DNA of 64,000 nucleotides from Lepidodermella squamata (GCA_047495785.1 JBLDXI010000099.1:1-64000), one strand, 5' to 3'; positions 13,734 to 26,982 are shown, numbered from the stretch's first letter. Notes: generated by a model from the letters alone, not told the origin. A program made the numbers and translations.

Positions 13734-13961
13734 CTAGCGTTGCAAAGCCGATTGAGCCTTCTCGAGTTCTTGCAGCATGTGGTAGAACTGCGACACCGTC
13801 ATCTCCACCCAAAATGCCCGTTTTGCCGATGTCGCTGCTTCGGCGGCGAACTTCACGCGGACATACAGTTCGCGCTGCTGTTTGCGAGCGTGATCGGTGG
13901 CGCAAATCACACCGAGACGCCAGTCGACATCGAGCAGTTCGCCGTAAAACTCATTCACCAT
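13734..13961 (-). CDS. COMM-domain-only protein, COMMD7-like (75 aa)
   Basis: LLDVDWRLGV...LYVRVKF...VEMTVSQFYHMLQELEKA is a COMM domain closest by eye to COMMD7 (ELTLPQFYSFLHEME). An in-frame TAA lies 5 codons upstream of the ATG. Confidence 0.8.
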   Translation of the reverse strand: MVNEFYGELLDVDWRLGVICATDHARKQQRELYVRVKFAAEAATSAKRAFWVEMTVSQFYHMLQELEKAQSALQR

Positions 13962-14625
13962 TTCACACTTTACTTATTGCTTTTCTAATAGAAAAAAACA
14001 GAATAAAAACATTATCAAAGCTCGAGTTTGGCAGTAGTGTAAATATCAAGTTTATTAATAAATGCATAATAAATACGATAAATTGCATATTTTTCAACAA
14101 TTTCGGACATCGTCGCAATGACAGTTCCAAATAATAAAAATTCGACGAGGAAGCGCAGTCATTTCATGCTCTCTCTCTCTTTTTCAGTCAGCAGAAGTAG
14201 CAAACGAGGCACTTCGCAACTACTCGTACGTTAAAGCGTCGATATAAATAATAGTATTAGAATAGGTAATATTCAATAGCACAAGATTTGAGATGCAAAA
14301 AAATTAGCAGAACTTTGCAAAATACTCGATGTGAAATTCAACAATAGAGTCAGTCGTACATACAAGTAATTAGTAGAAAATTAGCAGTATCATCAGACAG
14401 AGGTGAAAAATGGGCACAGCAACACAGCAACACATTACAAAATGAAGATTCCTTTTCATCAATTCAATTACAGTACATTCAGATTAATCCACATAATAAT
14501 AATAGGTAATTCCAGAAGTGTAAAGCACCAATCAGCAGTTTATAATGATAAATAACACTTAGTTATAGAATGAGATTTTCTTCTGCGCACAATCAAGTCG
14601 AGACGCTCCCATCAGCAGCAGCAGC

Positions 14626-15696
14626 TTACGCTGTCGAAGACAACAGAGGCAGTCGTTCCGGCGGCAGAGGCCTGTTGCTCTGCGTCTGCACGTGAACAGC
14701 CGTTGATGCGCCAGTCATCGCCGAACCAGCCAGCCCGGCGGCAATTGACGTCGCGGTGACAGCCGGCGGGATCACGCCCACAACAACAGGGATCGTCAAA
14801 ATGTGACGCGACCGTCCGTTCGTCTGGATGACCAACACGCGCAGGCTGTACTGCAGCTCTATCACCGTGCAGCCGACGAGTTGCGGAACCGCCGTCCACG
14901 GCACTTCGATCGGCAGGTTACGGAACACATCGCGACAGCCGGCCTTGATTTCGCCACGAGTCGACGACGACAACACGTTCTGCAGCGTGTTCGTCAGCAT
15001 AATCGACCCGACGAGCTTGTCATATGCGACGAACACCACCTTCTCGCACAACGAGATCTGCAGTCCCTTCACCGTCTCCGACGTGTTGTTCACAAACTCG
15101 CCGTCGAGCACGATGTCCTCGCCAGGGTTGAAAGCTGTGCGTTTCATCCTCAGATTAATCGTCAAATTGTTGACCGAACAACAGTTGTCCGATCCGAGTT
15201 TGTTGCGGTACTCGATCGGCTTCAGCGCGAAGCCGAACTTGTTCAGATCGAGACAGCCGCATACGTAAAACGGCATCTCAAACAGTTTGTTATTCTCTGG
15301 CACGTTCTCGTCAATGTCGACGGTTACTTTCAGCGAGTAACGCACGTAACCGAATGTGCCAGGGTCACTTGTAATCTCAGCCGATTGCGGAATATCCTTC
15401 GGTAGAGTAAAACCGAACTGGAACGTGTGCGTTCCCGATGGCATGTGCAGAGGCTCATTCGGCCCTCCTGTCGCCAGCTTCAGCTCGCTGTTAATATAAT
15501 TTTCGGTGCGTTTGTAAACGACCTTCGAGTCGCCGTGCTTCTCCGTCCACTGGATGTAACCAGTCCCGACAGCAGCCAGTAGAATTTTGTTCACACGAGC
15601 AATATTAGCTGTGCGTAATACAACAGTTCCAACGACTTCATCTTCCGGCTTGTAAAATCCAAAGATGCAGTTGTCCAACCGAATGTCACAATCCAT
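14626..15696 (-). CDS. Alpha-arrestin (arrestin domain-containing protein), intronless CDS
   Basis: Arrestin_N motifs GTHTFQFGFTLPKDIPQS and GYVRYSLKV; Arrestin_C motifs AFNPGEDI, IELQYSLRV, LTIPVVVG. Likely ATG at 15696. Confidence 0.92.
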   Translation of the reverse strand: MDCDIRLDNCIFGFYKPEDEVVGTVVLRTANIARVNKILLAAVGTGYIQWTEKHGDSKVVYKRTENYINSELKLATGGPNEPLHMPSGTHTFQFGFTLPKDIPQSAEITSDPGTFGYVRYSLKVTVDIDENVPENNKLFEMPFYVCGCLDLNKFGFALKPIEYRNKLGSDNCCSVNNLTINLRMKRTAFNPGEDIVLDGEFVNNTSETVKGLQISLCEKVVFVAYDKLVGSIMLTNTLQNVLSSSTRGEIKAGCRDVFRNLPIEVPWTAVPQLVGCTVIELQYSLRVLVIQTNGRSRHILTIPVVVGVIPPAVTATSIAAGLAGSAMTGASTAVHVQTQSNRPLPPERLPLLSSTA

Positions 15697-15766
15697 TACT
15701 AGTGTGAATAAATATAAATCTATATCTGAATAATTCAAGCACTTTATTCTTTCAAGGTTTATCATT

Positions 15767-15897
15767 GATGGGTGTGATCGAAAGATAAACCGTAGCTAAC
15801 TATAAGTTTAACTAGTAGTTAGGCTATCTCTCACATACAAAAGTTCATAGTTAACTTATAGTAGTTAGCTACGGTTTACCTTTCGATCACACCCATC
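15767..15897. mobile_element. MITE-like 131-bp element with 36-bp terminal inverted repeats
   Basis: gatgggtgtgatcgaaagataaaccgtagctaacta ... tagttagctacggtttacctttcgatcacacccatc (1 mismatch). It interrupts a motif found uninterrupted at 29253-29314. Confidence 0.8.
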
Positions 15898-17122
15898 TTT
15901 CTCTTTCCCCTCTTTCCGTCTTTCTGGTCAGCCCTGCACGCAACTCTCTCGGGTCACGGTATTTAATTTGCAAAATTAAGAATCATATGTAATATTAGAT
16001 AAAAATAATTTACAAAATTCAGGTGAATAATTTATTTTAAAAATTAGCGGCACACACACGTGGCGGAGCAACGGAGCAACTTACAGGTTATGTATCAGTA
16101 CATGTGACGTCTCTGTCCTTTATGTTTTAGACCTGTGTCATATTTCCCTATTTCAAATCGATAATGGGGCTCTTAGAAAATGGAGAAGGTTTGCGCAGGC
16201 TGAAAAGTCTGTTACGGGCGTGGCGCCTTGGCTTCTCTCACACCGGTGAGAGAGGACTAGTAAACTCGCGGCTTTTTCTAGTTTCTCGCTCATCAGTTTG
16301 TTATATGGAAATCGTCCCATTAGCCTTAACTTATGTCCTCTATCTGTCCTACATGAGTGTTTTTACCTAAATCTCTATGTCTACTAAATTTACTATGTAT
16401 TACTAAATTCTACGCCAGCTGTGGCCAAATCTCCGCAACAGGAGCTAGTTTTTCTACTCTTTCTTCCTTTAAACTAACTGTAGGTGTGAGGTATGAATCT
16501 GGTTCTACGAAACCGCAATAAAATTTGATTTGATTTGATTTGACAGGTTTCCAGCGTTTGCGAAGTATTCGGTTATTCATGGACCCAAACTAGGATTATG
16601 ACCTTTACAACCCCCCTTCCACATTTCTTAAGACCTCTTCCGCTTCCTCCGCCGAGGGTTGTGAATCTCTATGTCTGCTCTAATGTAATCGCAGAGTGTG
16701 AATAATCTGCGACCGAATATTTCTCAATCAATATCATTTATTCTTGGACATCTGAATTTTAAAACACCTGCCACACAGGTAGTCAATGTAAACATCTTCT
16801 GTCATAGATTTCGTTCGTAGCTAATTGTTCCGCTGCAGTTCTATCGAAAGAGGGAGCTCGCAGTCCTGAAGACATGAAAAATGATGCAGGTTTTCGTGTA
16901 TTAAATATCTTCTCTAATACTTAGGTTAATACGTTCAGACACACTCAGTAATGAAATATCAATCGCCATTTTTATTTTTATTGTTCAGCTTGTCTATTAA
17001 TCTATCTACAGAGTTCTTCAATATATCTATGGTTTCAATTGTTTGAAAGGTTTATCATTTTACTACGATCGTTACGATTGTACTAATGTGTATATATGCT
17101 TGTTATAGCTGCCTTTGATTTC

Positions 17123-18626
17123 ATGATGGAAGACTCCTCGCAACATTCTCAGAAGCGACCAAGAAAAGATGACACAGCGACTGCAGGAACAAACAAGGAA
17201 TCGCCTCCCAGGAAAGCATCTCCGAGTCTAAAAGAAATAAAAGCACTGAAAGTGAAGTTGCGCGTTGAGCTGGAGCCACTGCTCGACAAGGACAGGGCAC
17301 TGAAGGAAAAACTTGGCGAAAAGCGGAGAGAAATTACTTCACTGCGTAAAGAGCTGAAGAAAACAACTGACAGTGGTGACAGAAACGACTTGCAGGAACA
17401 GATTGATACCGGCGTTGAAATAGTGGAGAATTTGAAGCTTTCTGTTGCAATGTCCAAAATTGGTATTACCGAAGTCCAAGATAAGTACAAGCCAGATATT
17501 CACGAATTGGAGCTTCAAGGTAGTTTTTTTTATATGCCCTTAGATTAATTTGCGCTATCTTTTTGTATTTCTCAGTTGAGGATAAAGTCAGAGGTAAGAA
17601 TCAAAACGTTTGTATTCTATATGTATTCTACTTGTTCCAACCCATTTTAGCGGGACTTAAACCTGAAGCCATTCCCAAGTATGATACGATCAGCAAACGA
17701 CTGAAGACTATTGCTGAAATATTGGAAACAAAGGATTTGAGCAAGTGCTTTCGTTCTCTCTGTGGCAGTATGAACTTACTCGACCTCTGCTATACAAAAT
17801 CGTGAGTAATTCCGGATATGCAATGCCAGCAAAATTTATTTTTATTTCTTAGCAATGAACTCTTCCGCCCTTTTGAATCGCCCGTTCCGGATACCGCTTT
17901 TAATGATTTTTGTAAAATTCTCGATGTTCGTTACAGTACTTTAATTCTAATGATCGCTTATGTAATGTTGTACTACATTGTAGCTCTTTCTGGAGCAAAT
18001 GCCTATTTCTTCTCGTGATCGTGAAGCCAAAAGGTCGTTTCTCAGCATGCCGTTTTTCCTCTGTGCTTTGCGTTAGTGTTGGCGTTCTCTTTAACATTGT
18101 TCGTAATATTGATTAACAAAATAGAAGGACTTGATCCTCAATTTTTGTTGGATCTCGAAGTGGGCATCAATGACAAGTACAGCAAGCTTAATGGTGATGC
18201 AGACATCGTTATGTTTTGCGGGAATGTCGAAATAGTAGTAGTTATTGAGGAAAAGCGAGGGGAGACTTCGAGTCAGGACAAGACAGAATCTGGAATACCT
18301 CAAGCCATAGTTGAAATGGATTGTCTTTCAAAGGTATGACCAGCGTAATTCCTACGATTCCATATTTTATCTGCATGTCTCTGTTTTAGAAACGATTGAC
18401 CGTTGAGCGACAAGGTTTTCAGTTTGGCAACCAATTTTCTTTCGGAATTGTGACCGACTGTACTCAGTGGTATTTCCTGAAGCTTCGTATGGATGGCGTC
18501 TATTTTGTTTCAGAATGTTACGATCTACCCGCTAATGTCGTTGGAGAACGCACGCCAGTTCACCTATCCCTGCTTCGTGGACTTTGCAGTCGAATTCGTG
18601 GAATGGTCGAAGAAGCCACTAAATAA
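17123..18626 (+). CDS. Coiled-coil plus PD-(D/E)xK restriction-endonuclease-fold protein (Crinkler REase-like), 7 exons: 17123-17519, 17576-17593, 17651-17801, 17853-17925, 17984-18071, 18125-18333, 18390-18626
   Basis: Spliced frame is open. It gives EAKRSFL, LE...LNGDADIV...VVVIEEK...GIPQAIVEM and FGIVTDCTQWYFL, i.e. an E-D-ExK-Q catalytic layout plus the GIVTD..W.F strand. Confidence 0.75.
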
Positions 18627-20441
18627 GCTAACCGTCTCGTTCCATCTATCGGTTTTTGATAATCTAACCCTAAAACAGCATGTTTTCACTTTGCACAACG
18701 AATTCGAATAAAAAGAATGACAAGTATTGAAGTCTCTTATCATTTTCCAATCATTTTCCATTCACCAAGCAAAGAACGAAGAGATAAGGATAATGCACCA
18801 ACGCAACGAAATAATAAAATGGAAACATGCGAATGGAAAGTGAAAGAAATATATAAGAAAATAATATAGGAAAATAAAAAGATAGCTTTCTGCTTCCTCG
18901 AATTTTTGTACCATCATATTTTTTTTCATGAATATATTTTTCGAAATAAAATAATAATAATAATAATAATAATAAATCGAATTCGCTCTCAAAGCGCTCT
19001 TAGCTTCAGAGTTGCGCTTGACATTCTCAAGTTTCTTGTAGGCACTCTGAGAGCTTACCGTATTTTCCGTAATAGCTTCAGGGGCATTGAAATTTCAAAG
19101 CTTCGAAAAGGGGGGTTGTAAACGGGACGTGTGACAATTGCTAGCATGCGAGTTTATTGTTTCAAAGCAAGTTTTCAAGTGTTAAAATTGAGTAAAAATG
19201 AGAATAAATCGATAATTTGTGAACCAAAGTCAAGAACTCTTCATCAAAATTCAAAACTTTATTGTTCGATAGCGAGTTCTCAGCCATTTTGATGCAAATT
19301 TTTGAAAATTACAAATTCTTGTTTTTTCAAATGATGGATGCTAGGAAATCGAACGCTACTTTAGCGCAATTTTCGTTGCCGAATTCTCTCACGCACCTAT
19401 GTTTCGCCATTTTTTATCAAACATGTCCATCAAACGCTTCAGAAATGAAATTTTGTAAAATTATGCGCAATTAATTTTAAATGCGATTTTCAAAAATTGA
19501 TTTAAAATTTAGATCGCGGGTTGCTATTGCGAGTATGAGGCTTTATTTTTTCAAAGGCCTTAAAAAGGGGGCTGTAAACGGGACGGGCGGTAAAAACGGG
19601 TATATGAAGCTATTACGGAATATATGAAAAATGCTAGGGACAGGTTCCTGTCAGAGCAGTACCTTCGCGCGTGGAATAATACAATCAATTTGGCGATTCC
19701 TCTTGTGTCATACTATGCTATGGTGGTTTGGGGTTCGATTCTGAGTTGAAAAACATCGTGTTAATAAATGTTGCCTTTGCGCTCTTTAAATTTTCGACAA
19801 TTAGAATAGCATATTAATTCGTAATTCATCCTTTTGTTTCTGTTGTGGAGTGCAATGTCGTCAACTAGGTCATTTAGACAACCACGTGGTCGCTACTCGC
19901 ACTCACCACGTGGCAGAAGTAGCCATCGTCATCGTCGTCGTCATTTCATGATTTTATTGTTGTCGATATTATTTGTTGTGAATTGATGATTTTAAACAAT
20001 TAATGTGTACTGATAGGGGATGTTTATTACGAATAAAATTTCGGGCTGAAAACCGACTGTCTTTGAATACAACAGTTTCAAATATTTCTCCACTTGAAGA
20101 CCTCTCTCGGACCCCCTACAGAATAAAAATGGAAGCTCGCTCGCTACGCTCGCTTCTCTTTGAAACCGCATGACATGTAGTTCAATAAAATGCATTTTTC
20201 TGAAAGTGATCCAGCACTAACGAAGCAGGCCTGAATGACGGAAAGATAGGAAAGAGAAAGGTGAAGTTGAAATAAAATAAAGAGTTTCTTCTTCGCTTTA
20301 TTCGTTATTTATTATCTTCATTTGCTTCCTTAACCTGATATAAAAATAACAAAAATACAGTTGATGTTGTTGCGGACATTGATTCATATTCAGTCAGAAA
20401 CAATCATGATGGCACAAGTGTATGAGAAAACATGAAATCAA

Positions 20442-22974
20442 TCAAACAACAGTTTCAAGCACAACTGGAACGATGGCGTTGTTGTTGGCAGCGTCACCGA
20501 TGCTAGAGCGATTTTTCGTCTTGCGACCCGCGTGCTCTTTATTCCTGACTAGCGTGTGCGATGCGAAACTGTTGGCTGAATGCGACGCCGAGAGAATAGC
20601 CGTGTTAGTGGATGTCGGCGAAATTGGTCGCGCCGGCAATGTCGGCGTTCGCACTTGCGCAGGCACAGAAGTTTTCGTTAGAAATCGGCTCCAATCCTAA
20701 GGTAAAATGCACTTGTAGTTTTGATTTTAAATAATTGAATTGGCATCAAACCTGCACGTTGTCCACGCTGATACCGGTGGTGTTACTGCTGAGGTAGCCA
20801 GAAGAGGAGTTTTCGTTGAAGTGTACGTAGCGCTGCTTTAATTGGCTACCACTTGGCCGGCCAGTGGTGGCACTGCGAGTGGAAGAATTGAAGCGTGACT
20901 GCGCACCTTCCAACAGCATGTACGACGGTTCGTCGACAACAATGTCACTGCTCTGCTTGCTATGCCGGTGCGAAATCGTCGCGCTGAATAGGGGGTGAAA
21001 ACGAACGACAGCAGGCGACTCTTTGTTCTTTCCATTTTCCTCTTTCCTGTCTTTCTCTTTCCCGCTTTTTATCTCCTTGCCAGCTTTATAAGGAAGATTC
21101 CTCACTGTTTTGCTAGTTATTTCTTCGTCGGAGGACGCTGATACCACGTTTTTAGCTGTTTTCCTACTGCGGCGCGTAGAGACAGACGAAGTTTGACGGG
21201 TAGCTGACTTGGATATGAGCCGAGCAGGCGCGTCGACGTCAGAATCGCTAACGGCCTTGAGCGTTTCATCGTAATGGTACGGCTGGTTTCTAAGCGGCGG
21301 CGCCGCCGTAGCGGGAGCATCAGTTGTCTTCTTCGGCGTCGACTCGGTAGAAGAAGAAGTTGTTGCGGAGACGTGATTGCTCGGCGAGCCGTTGCTGGCA
21401 CTAGCAGCAGCCGTAGCGAGGGCTTCGTTGAGCGTAGTACTGTGCAGACTGGCGCTGTTGAAGGGCGACGTGGGCGTGCGGTCACCGGCAGACGGCTTGT
21501 TGTACGACTCAGCCGTGTCGAGGCGTGGCCGAGACAACTCGAACTGCTTCGCGGCCTTCTTGCCGTCGCGGCGCATGCAGCACGCGGCGATGAGGTAGCG
21601 CACGAGGGCGATGGACAGCAGCGGCACCTGCACGAGCAGCGACGCGGCAGTCGGCAGCATCGCGGCGAGGTCGGTCGCCGGCGGTTCCAGGTTGGCTTGC
21701 AGCAGTTGCAGCGCGATCGTGACATTCGGCATGGCGACCACGACGGCGACGGCGATGACGACGGGCGCCCGTTGTCGCAGACACAGCGCCAAGACCGCGG
21801 CGGCTGCGGCGGATGCGAGGCAGAGACAGGCGCCGGCGAACAGCGTCGACCACGTCGCGTAAGCTAGCACGTGGCCGAGATTTGCCAACCCGTGGGCGAC
21901 GCACATGTGCACGAGGCCGACGGCAACAACAGCTAACAGGCAGCTAGAAAAATAAAATGTAGGTATATTAGAGAGAGCTGATTGCTGAGAGCCGACAAGA
22001 CTTACGCGTCTAGGCGGGCAGCTGCCTCGCGCCACCGATGGCGGATGACGGTGCCGACTGCGAACGGCAGCAGCAGGCAGCCGAGCGAGATGGCGAGCGC
22101 GGCGTAGGGCAGCACTTCAAAGCCGGGCGGTGCGGCTTCGAAGAATAGAAACTTGTCGCCGGCATCGTCGATCAGCGAAGCCGGCAGAGATGCGCCCCGT
22201 GCGACGTAGACGGCGAGTGGCAGACTGGCGAGAGCGGCGACGCCTAGACAGGCCGACGCAGCGACCGAGGCTGCGACGGCGAGCGCGTGGCCCAGCTCAG
22301 CCTCCGAGGCGGCTAGGCGCAGCGAGGCGATGCGTTGCAGGTGGTGGCGGGGCGGCCACGCCTGCGTCAGCGACTGCGACCGGCTCAGTGACTGCGCGGC
22401 TGATGACGACGACGAGGCGGTGGGCGCCGTCAGCAGGACGACGTGCAACACGGCTTCGAGGCCGGAGGGCGCGAACACGGCGGCGAAGAGCCCGGCCGCG
22501 GACAGGTCGGGCGCGAACTCGTGCCAGCGGAAGAGCGCGCCGACGACGAGCGGCGCGACGCCGAGTTTGGCGACGAGGGCGGCGAACACGCCGGCGCCGG
22601 TCGAGCGCAGCGCCGCGCGCAACAGAGCCGCGTCGGTGTGCAGGCCGGCGGCAAGGTTCGCCAGGAACAGCACGACTACGGTCGACTGGTGCAGAGCGAA
22701 ATGCGCCAGCGGTTGTACGCGAGCAACCTAGACAAATCATACAGAATCAGATGACAGCTGATAAATTGGCGGGAGATGAAACAATGAGCCTGAAACTTAC
22801 GGAGATGCGCAGGCGGTAGAGCTCGGCCCACGCGGTGGCGTTCTGCTGCAGCTGCAGGGCGACGGTGGCGTAGCCGAGAAAATCGCCGATGAGCTCGGCG
22901 CCGAACTCGAGCGCCTCGCCTGCCGTCAGGTTGAACATCACGCCGCGCTCCATCACCGGCGATGAGGCGCTGAT

Positions 22975-23020
<46 letters not shown>

Positions 23021-24573
23021 AACCAGATATCGCCGGGCACCTCAGCGTCCTCGACCATTGTTTCAGGTGCCTCCGCTGCTGATGGATAGTCAACGCCTGG
23101 CTCTGGCTGCTCTGGCGCAGCTGCTGCGGCGGCGCCTGCTGCCGGGGACGCGGGCCTCAGGTAAGCAATGGGCGGCCCTCCGCTCAGGATGTTCAATCGT
23201 ACGGATGGAAGCGGGGCGCCGGCGACGACGAGGCGCAGGCGGCAGAAGCCGGGCGCGGCTCGCACGCGCATCTGCACGCGCTGTTGGTCTATCATTAGCA
23301 CCTAAAATACAAGTGGACCGGTTCAAGTACATTCGGCAAAAAATGCGTCAGAATTAATCGCTTGGGTAGCTTCATTTTACTTGATTTGCAAAATGTTGCC
23401 TCCGCCCACTTGGCTTTAAACTGAACATTGAATACTGAATACTGCCCCGCATGAAATACCCGATAAGTCTTCGAAGGACGTACCTGCAGCGTGGAAAAAT
23501 TGGCGACGGGCCGGTTGTCGAGGCGCAGCGACAGCGCGTGGCACAACGACGACCCGTCCTCCGCGGTCGCCAGGAATCGCTCCACGGCTGTTCGCGTCCC
23601 ATTGAGCACCTGCGTAAAACAATGAAGGTAACTCGAATCCATTGGAGTAACAATTCTAGCATTTCGAATAATTATTTGTGAAAGCAATTCAGCCTATAGA
23701 GGGAACACCCGACGATGGGTTACGCCCCACATCGGAAGATCGATATCGATGGGAACGCAAAGCAAGTCCGATTTCTTTTATTCTGCAGACCATTTTTCTA
23801 GCTGCAAGTAATTGATGTTCGGAAAATATTACTTTGCATCGCAATATTTCATTTACTCCTCAAACATGCGGAATTTTAGAGGTTGTTTTCGCCATTCGAT
23901 AGATCTATAGTGTGTGGTGAACTTTCTCTTTAGAATCAGATTCGAGCGGAAAAATTGGTGGTGAAAATGCTTCTTGCGATTTTGGCAAAAAAATATTGTC
24001 CGTACGTGACTGTTGGCTTCGCATCATCAGTCAATACTTCTGGGAATCACAATGCGAATTCGCCTCAGCTGAAAAATGACCACTGGCAAATCTATCATTT
24101 ACAAATGTTGAAGAATACTCGAAATCCTACAATAAAACCTAAAATAAATGACCATTTTCTCGATAATTTTGTTCTATCTTGCTCGTGTAATTTTGCCAAT
24201 GAGAATATAAAGCTTTTTTTATGCTAAAAGGTAACAACTGAATGATTATGGTGTAGCGTGTGAGTGTAGCAAAAACGCGTCATCTAGTAAAAAGTACTTG
24301 TTCTTCCAGCATCGGTAAATAAACTCAGGAATGGGAATTGAAGTATGGCCTGCCGTTTGGCACTAAATTTAGGTAGACGCAAACTTGTTGAGAAATCATT
24401 GAGTTTGGACGTACCGCTTCGATGAAAAGAGATCCAAAATCCGGCGCCGGCGGCGGGGCGGCGGCGAGGAAAGCGAAGCGCGGCTGTTGCGATCCAGCCA
24501 GCGTCGCATCGAACAGCAGCAGTAGTAACAGCAGGCTGAAAAACAGGAGTAGCGAGGTTCCGAGCGGAGGCAT
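20442..24573 (-). CDS. Divergent SLC10 (sodium/bile-acid symporter, P3-like) protein with signal peptide, ectodomain and long disordered C-tail; exons ~24385-24573, 23484-23609, 22801-23301, 22006-22727, 20752-21943, 20442-20696
   Basis: Signal peptide MPPLGTSLLLFFSLLLLLLL. FLGYATV...RISVARV...LFLANLAAGLHTDAALLRAAL and LPYAALAISLGCLLLPFAVGTVIRHRW match the SBF-family layout. In-frame GT-AG junctions. Confidence 0.7.
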
Positions 24574-26982
24574 CAACACCTCTTCTCAACAGCCGATCGA
24601 GTCAAAGCATCGATGACTTGTGCATTTCTGTGCCAGCCAGCTCTGAAAGGCGCCATCAAACCAGGCGATTCATAACGCAAGCATACGTAAGCGTAAAAAA
24701 ATTATACAGATAAGTATATATGTACCTACTTGACGTAAAAATCGAGACAAATTATATGCTCTTCGGACACACAAGGACAAACAATAGCAAAAATATAGGC
24801 CAGATGATGGTAGTGTACGGCATGAGGACACCGGCCACGATCCGAAAAAAGCGATATTGAGAGGGTGGTTGCGGAAGCGCGATTGACCGGCGCTATTCGA
24901 TACACTGTAAACAAGGCAGTAGAAGATACATGATCGCCATGCGTAATGCGACCCAGCCGCAGAAATAGCATGACACAGCGTGAGAAGAGAGAAATAATGT
25001 CGCAATACGAAGGCGGAGCAGCCGAGAACAAGAAAGAACGTATAGAGTCGCGAAAATATAAAGTAAGCGGCGATATCGATATGGCTATCGGCTATCGGAA
25101 TGTCAAGCCAATTGGCTGGCTCGTTAGCGATCGCTTCACGCGTCGTTATTCCGCAATCACACTGTTTTACTTCGAGTCTCGCTATCACGGGCGTTATTCT
25201 TGCGTTATATTGGCCGCTACTGCTAATGGCCGGCGCTAACGACGCAAGCAGCGCCGTTTAACCGGCGAAAAACGAATACTACTACTACTACTAATGCTAC
25301 TACTACAACTGCCGCAGCTACAACGATATTTGGGCGACAACAGAAACAGTGATTGCGGCGAACACAAAGGCGAAAGCAGTAGTTGTATAGTATTTGCAAA
25401 CAAAAAACGCTCAAGTGCGAAGCGGCGAGGCGAACACGCGAACAGCGAGCAACTAATGCGATTATTACTAAATTCATGCCGGCGCCTTTCTGGTTAATCA
25501 AGAAATCGCGACCAAACACTCGAAGCAATGTCGCGAGGCGTTAATCGAATTGCTGCTGCTGCTGCTGCTGCTGATAACGGCGATGAATTTCGCGCAGAGT
25601 CGATTAGTCAACATATTCTTACCACATTCTTATATATGCTTACATGGCGCAACTACTTGCAACTTCGCGCACCACCGAGCGCACCCTCTCATAGTAATAA
25701 TTCAAAAATAAAACGAAGAAGCACGATCACCCATTCTTTTCGGTAATGGGTCAATCAGTGATCAGCAAGATCGCCTAACGCTGCTCATGCGTAATCGCGA
25801 GGCGCCGCACTTTTTTCAGTAGCGATTGCCGAGCGATTGGCACTACTATACGCTTGTTGATTAGCATGGTAGCCTGCGGTTATCACATCTCACTCGGCCG
25901 CAAAACATCTCACCGGTTGAGCAGAAAACAATAAGCATCGGGAGATAATTAAAACGAGCGGGCGTGTTTTTTGGCGGCTCATCAGCCGATAATGGCCGGC
26001 ACCTGGGGCGAGCCCACTGGCTTGTTGCCTTCGCTAGAGCTATAAGCAGTCTCCGTTTCTCCGCTATTCCCCTCTATAATCAATATGCTTCCAGTTGATG
26101 TTTGTTTTCGCGCTTGTTTTCGCCCCACCGTTTCTCCCTGAAGCTGGTAAGTAACAGTATTCGTTACATTTCGGAGCCACGCAGACAGCGCCCGCCTGCC
26201 GCGCATCATCATCCTCATAACGATCATACGCGATGATGATTTTACGGCCAGGCATAAACCAATCAACCCATAATATTTGTTGTTTCTGTAGGTTGCGCGC
26301 TCAGGTAAAGGTATGTATGTATCTGTATTGTTAGGCGCCAGCAACCTTTCGCCCGTCGTCTCTCTGCGCCCAGGCTTTTAGTGAGGGGTCGGCGCCCTCT
26401 TCGAATTTATGCATCTAATTATGTCTATTTCGAAAGCTATCTAACGATTCGCAACAACTTTTCAGGTTTGTTAAATTCAACCAATTCTGGGCCGAGTTGC
26501 CGTTCCTGTGATCAGAGGATTCTGCGGGCTCGTGCTCTCACGTCACATTGAAAGGGGATCATTCAGCGCAATCTCGCGTTACTTCATCAGATGACGTGGC
26601 ACGGCAGCACTAGATACTAGATGATAGTGTCAGCGACGGAGAATAAAGGACGGGGCTGGGAAGGTAACATTTTTTTAAAGTGATGCGTATCAACTCCTGC
26701 ATCATCATCAATATAGCCTTCCCGGCCGATTCGTCCTGAATCGGTTGTTGATCGATGAACCATAACAGCTACTGTTCAACCGCTGTCTCCCTTTCGCATT
26801 CGCCTGAATTAGGTCGCCGGCGTGAACAAACAGTAATCGGAAAAGCATAACAAAACACTCGTATTGAAATCGCACATGTTATTTTACAAAGTGACGATTT
26901 TTATTATTGTTCTAATCACCAAGAACAGTATTCGAATGTGTACATTGTTACGTGTATAAAAAGAAGCGAACTGACAGCTCGG

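Noticed and set aside
21117-23357. Long alternative-frame and antisense Arg/Ala-rich ORFs (also over the SLC7, arrestin, WAPL and SLC25 exons)
   Set aside because: These are the shadow ORFs expected from GC-rich codon usage.
24670-26344. ORFs between the SLC10-like gene and SF3B6
   Set aside because: No recognisable motifs or consistent splice structure; probably UTR, intron or intergenic sequence.
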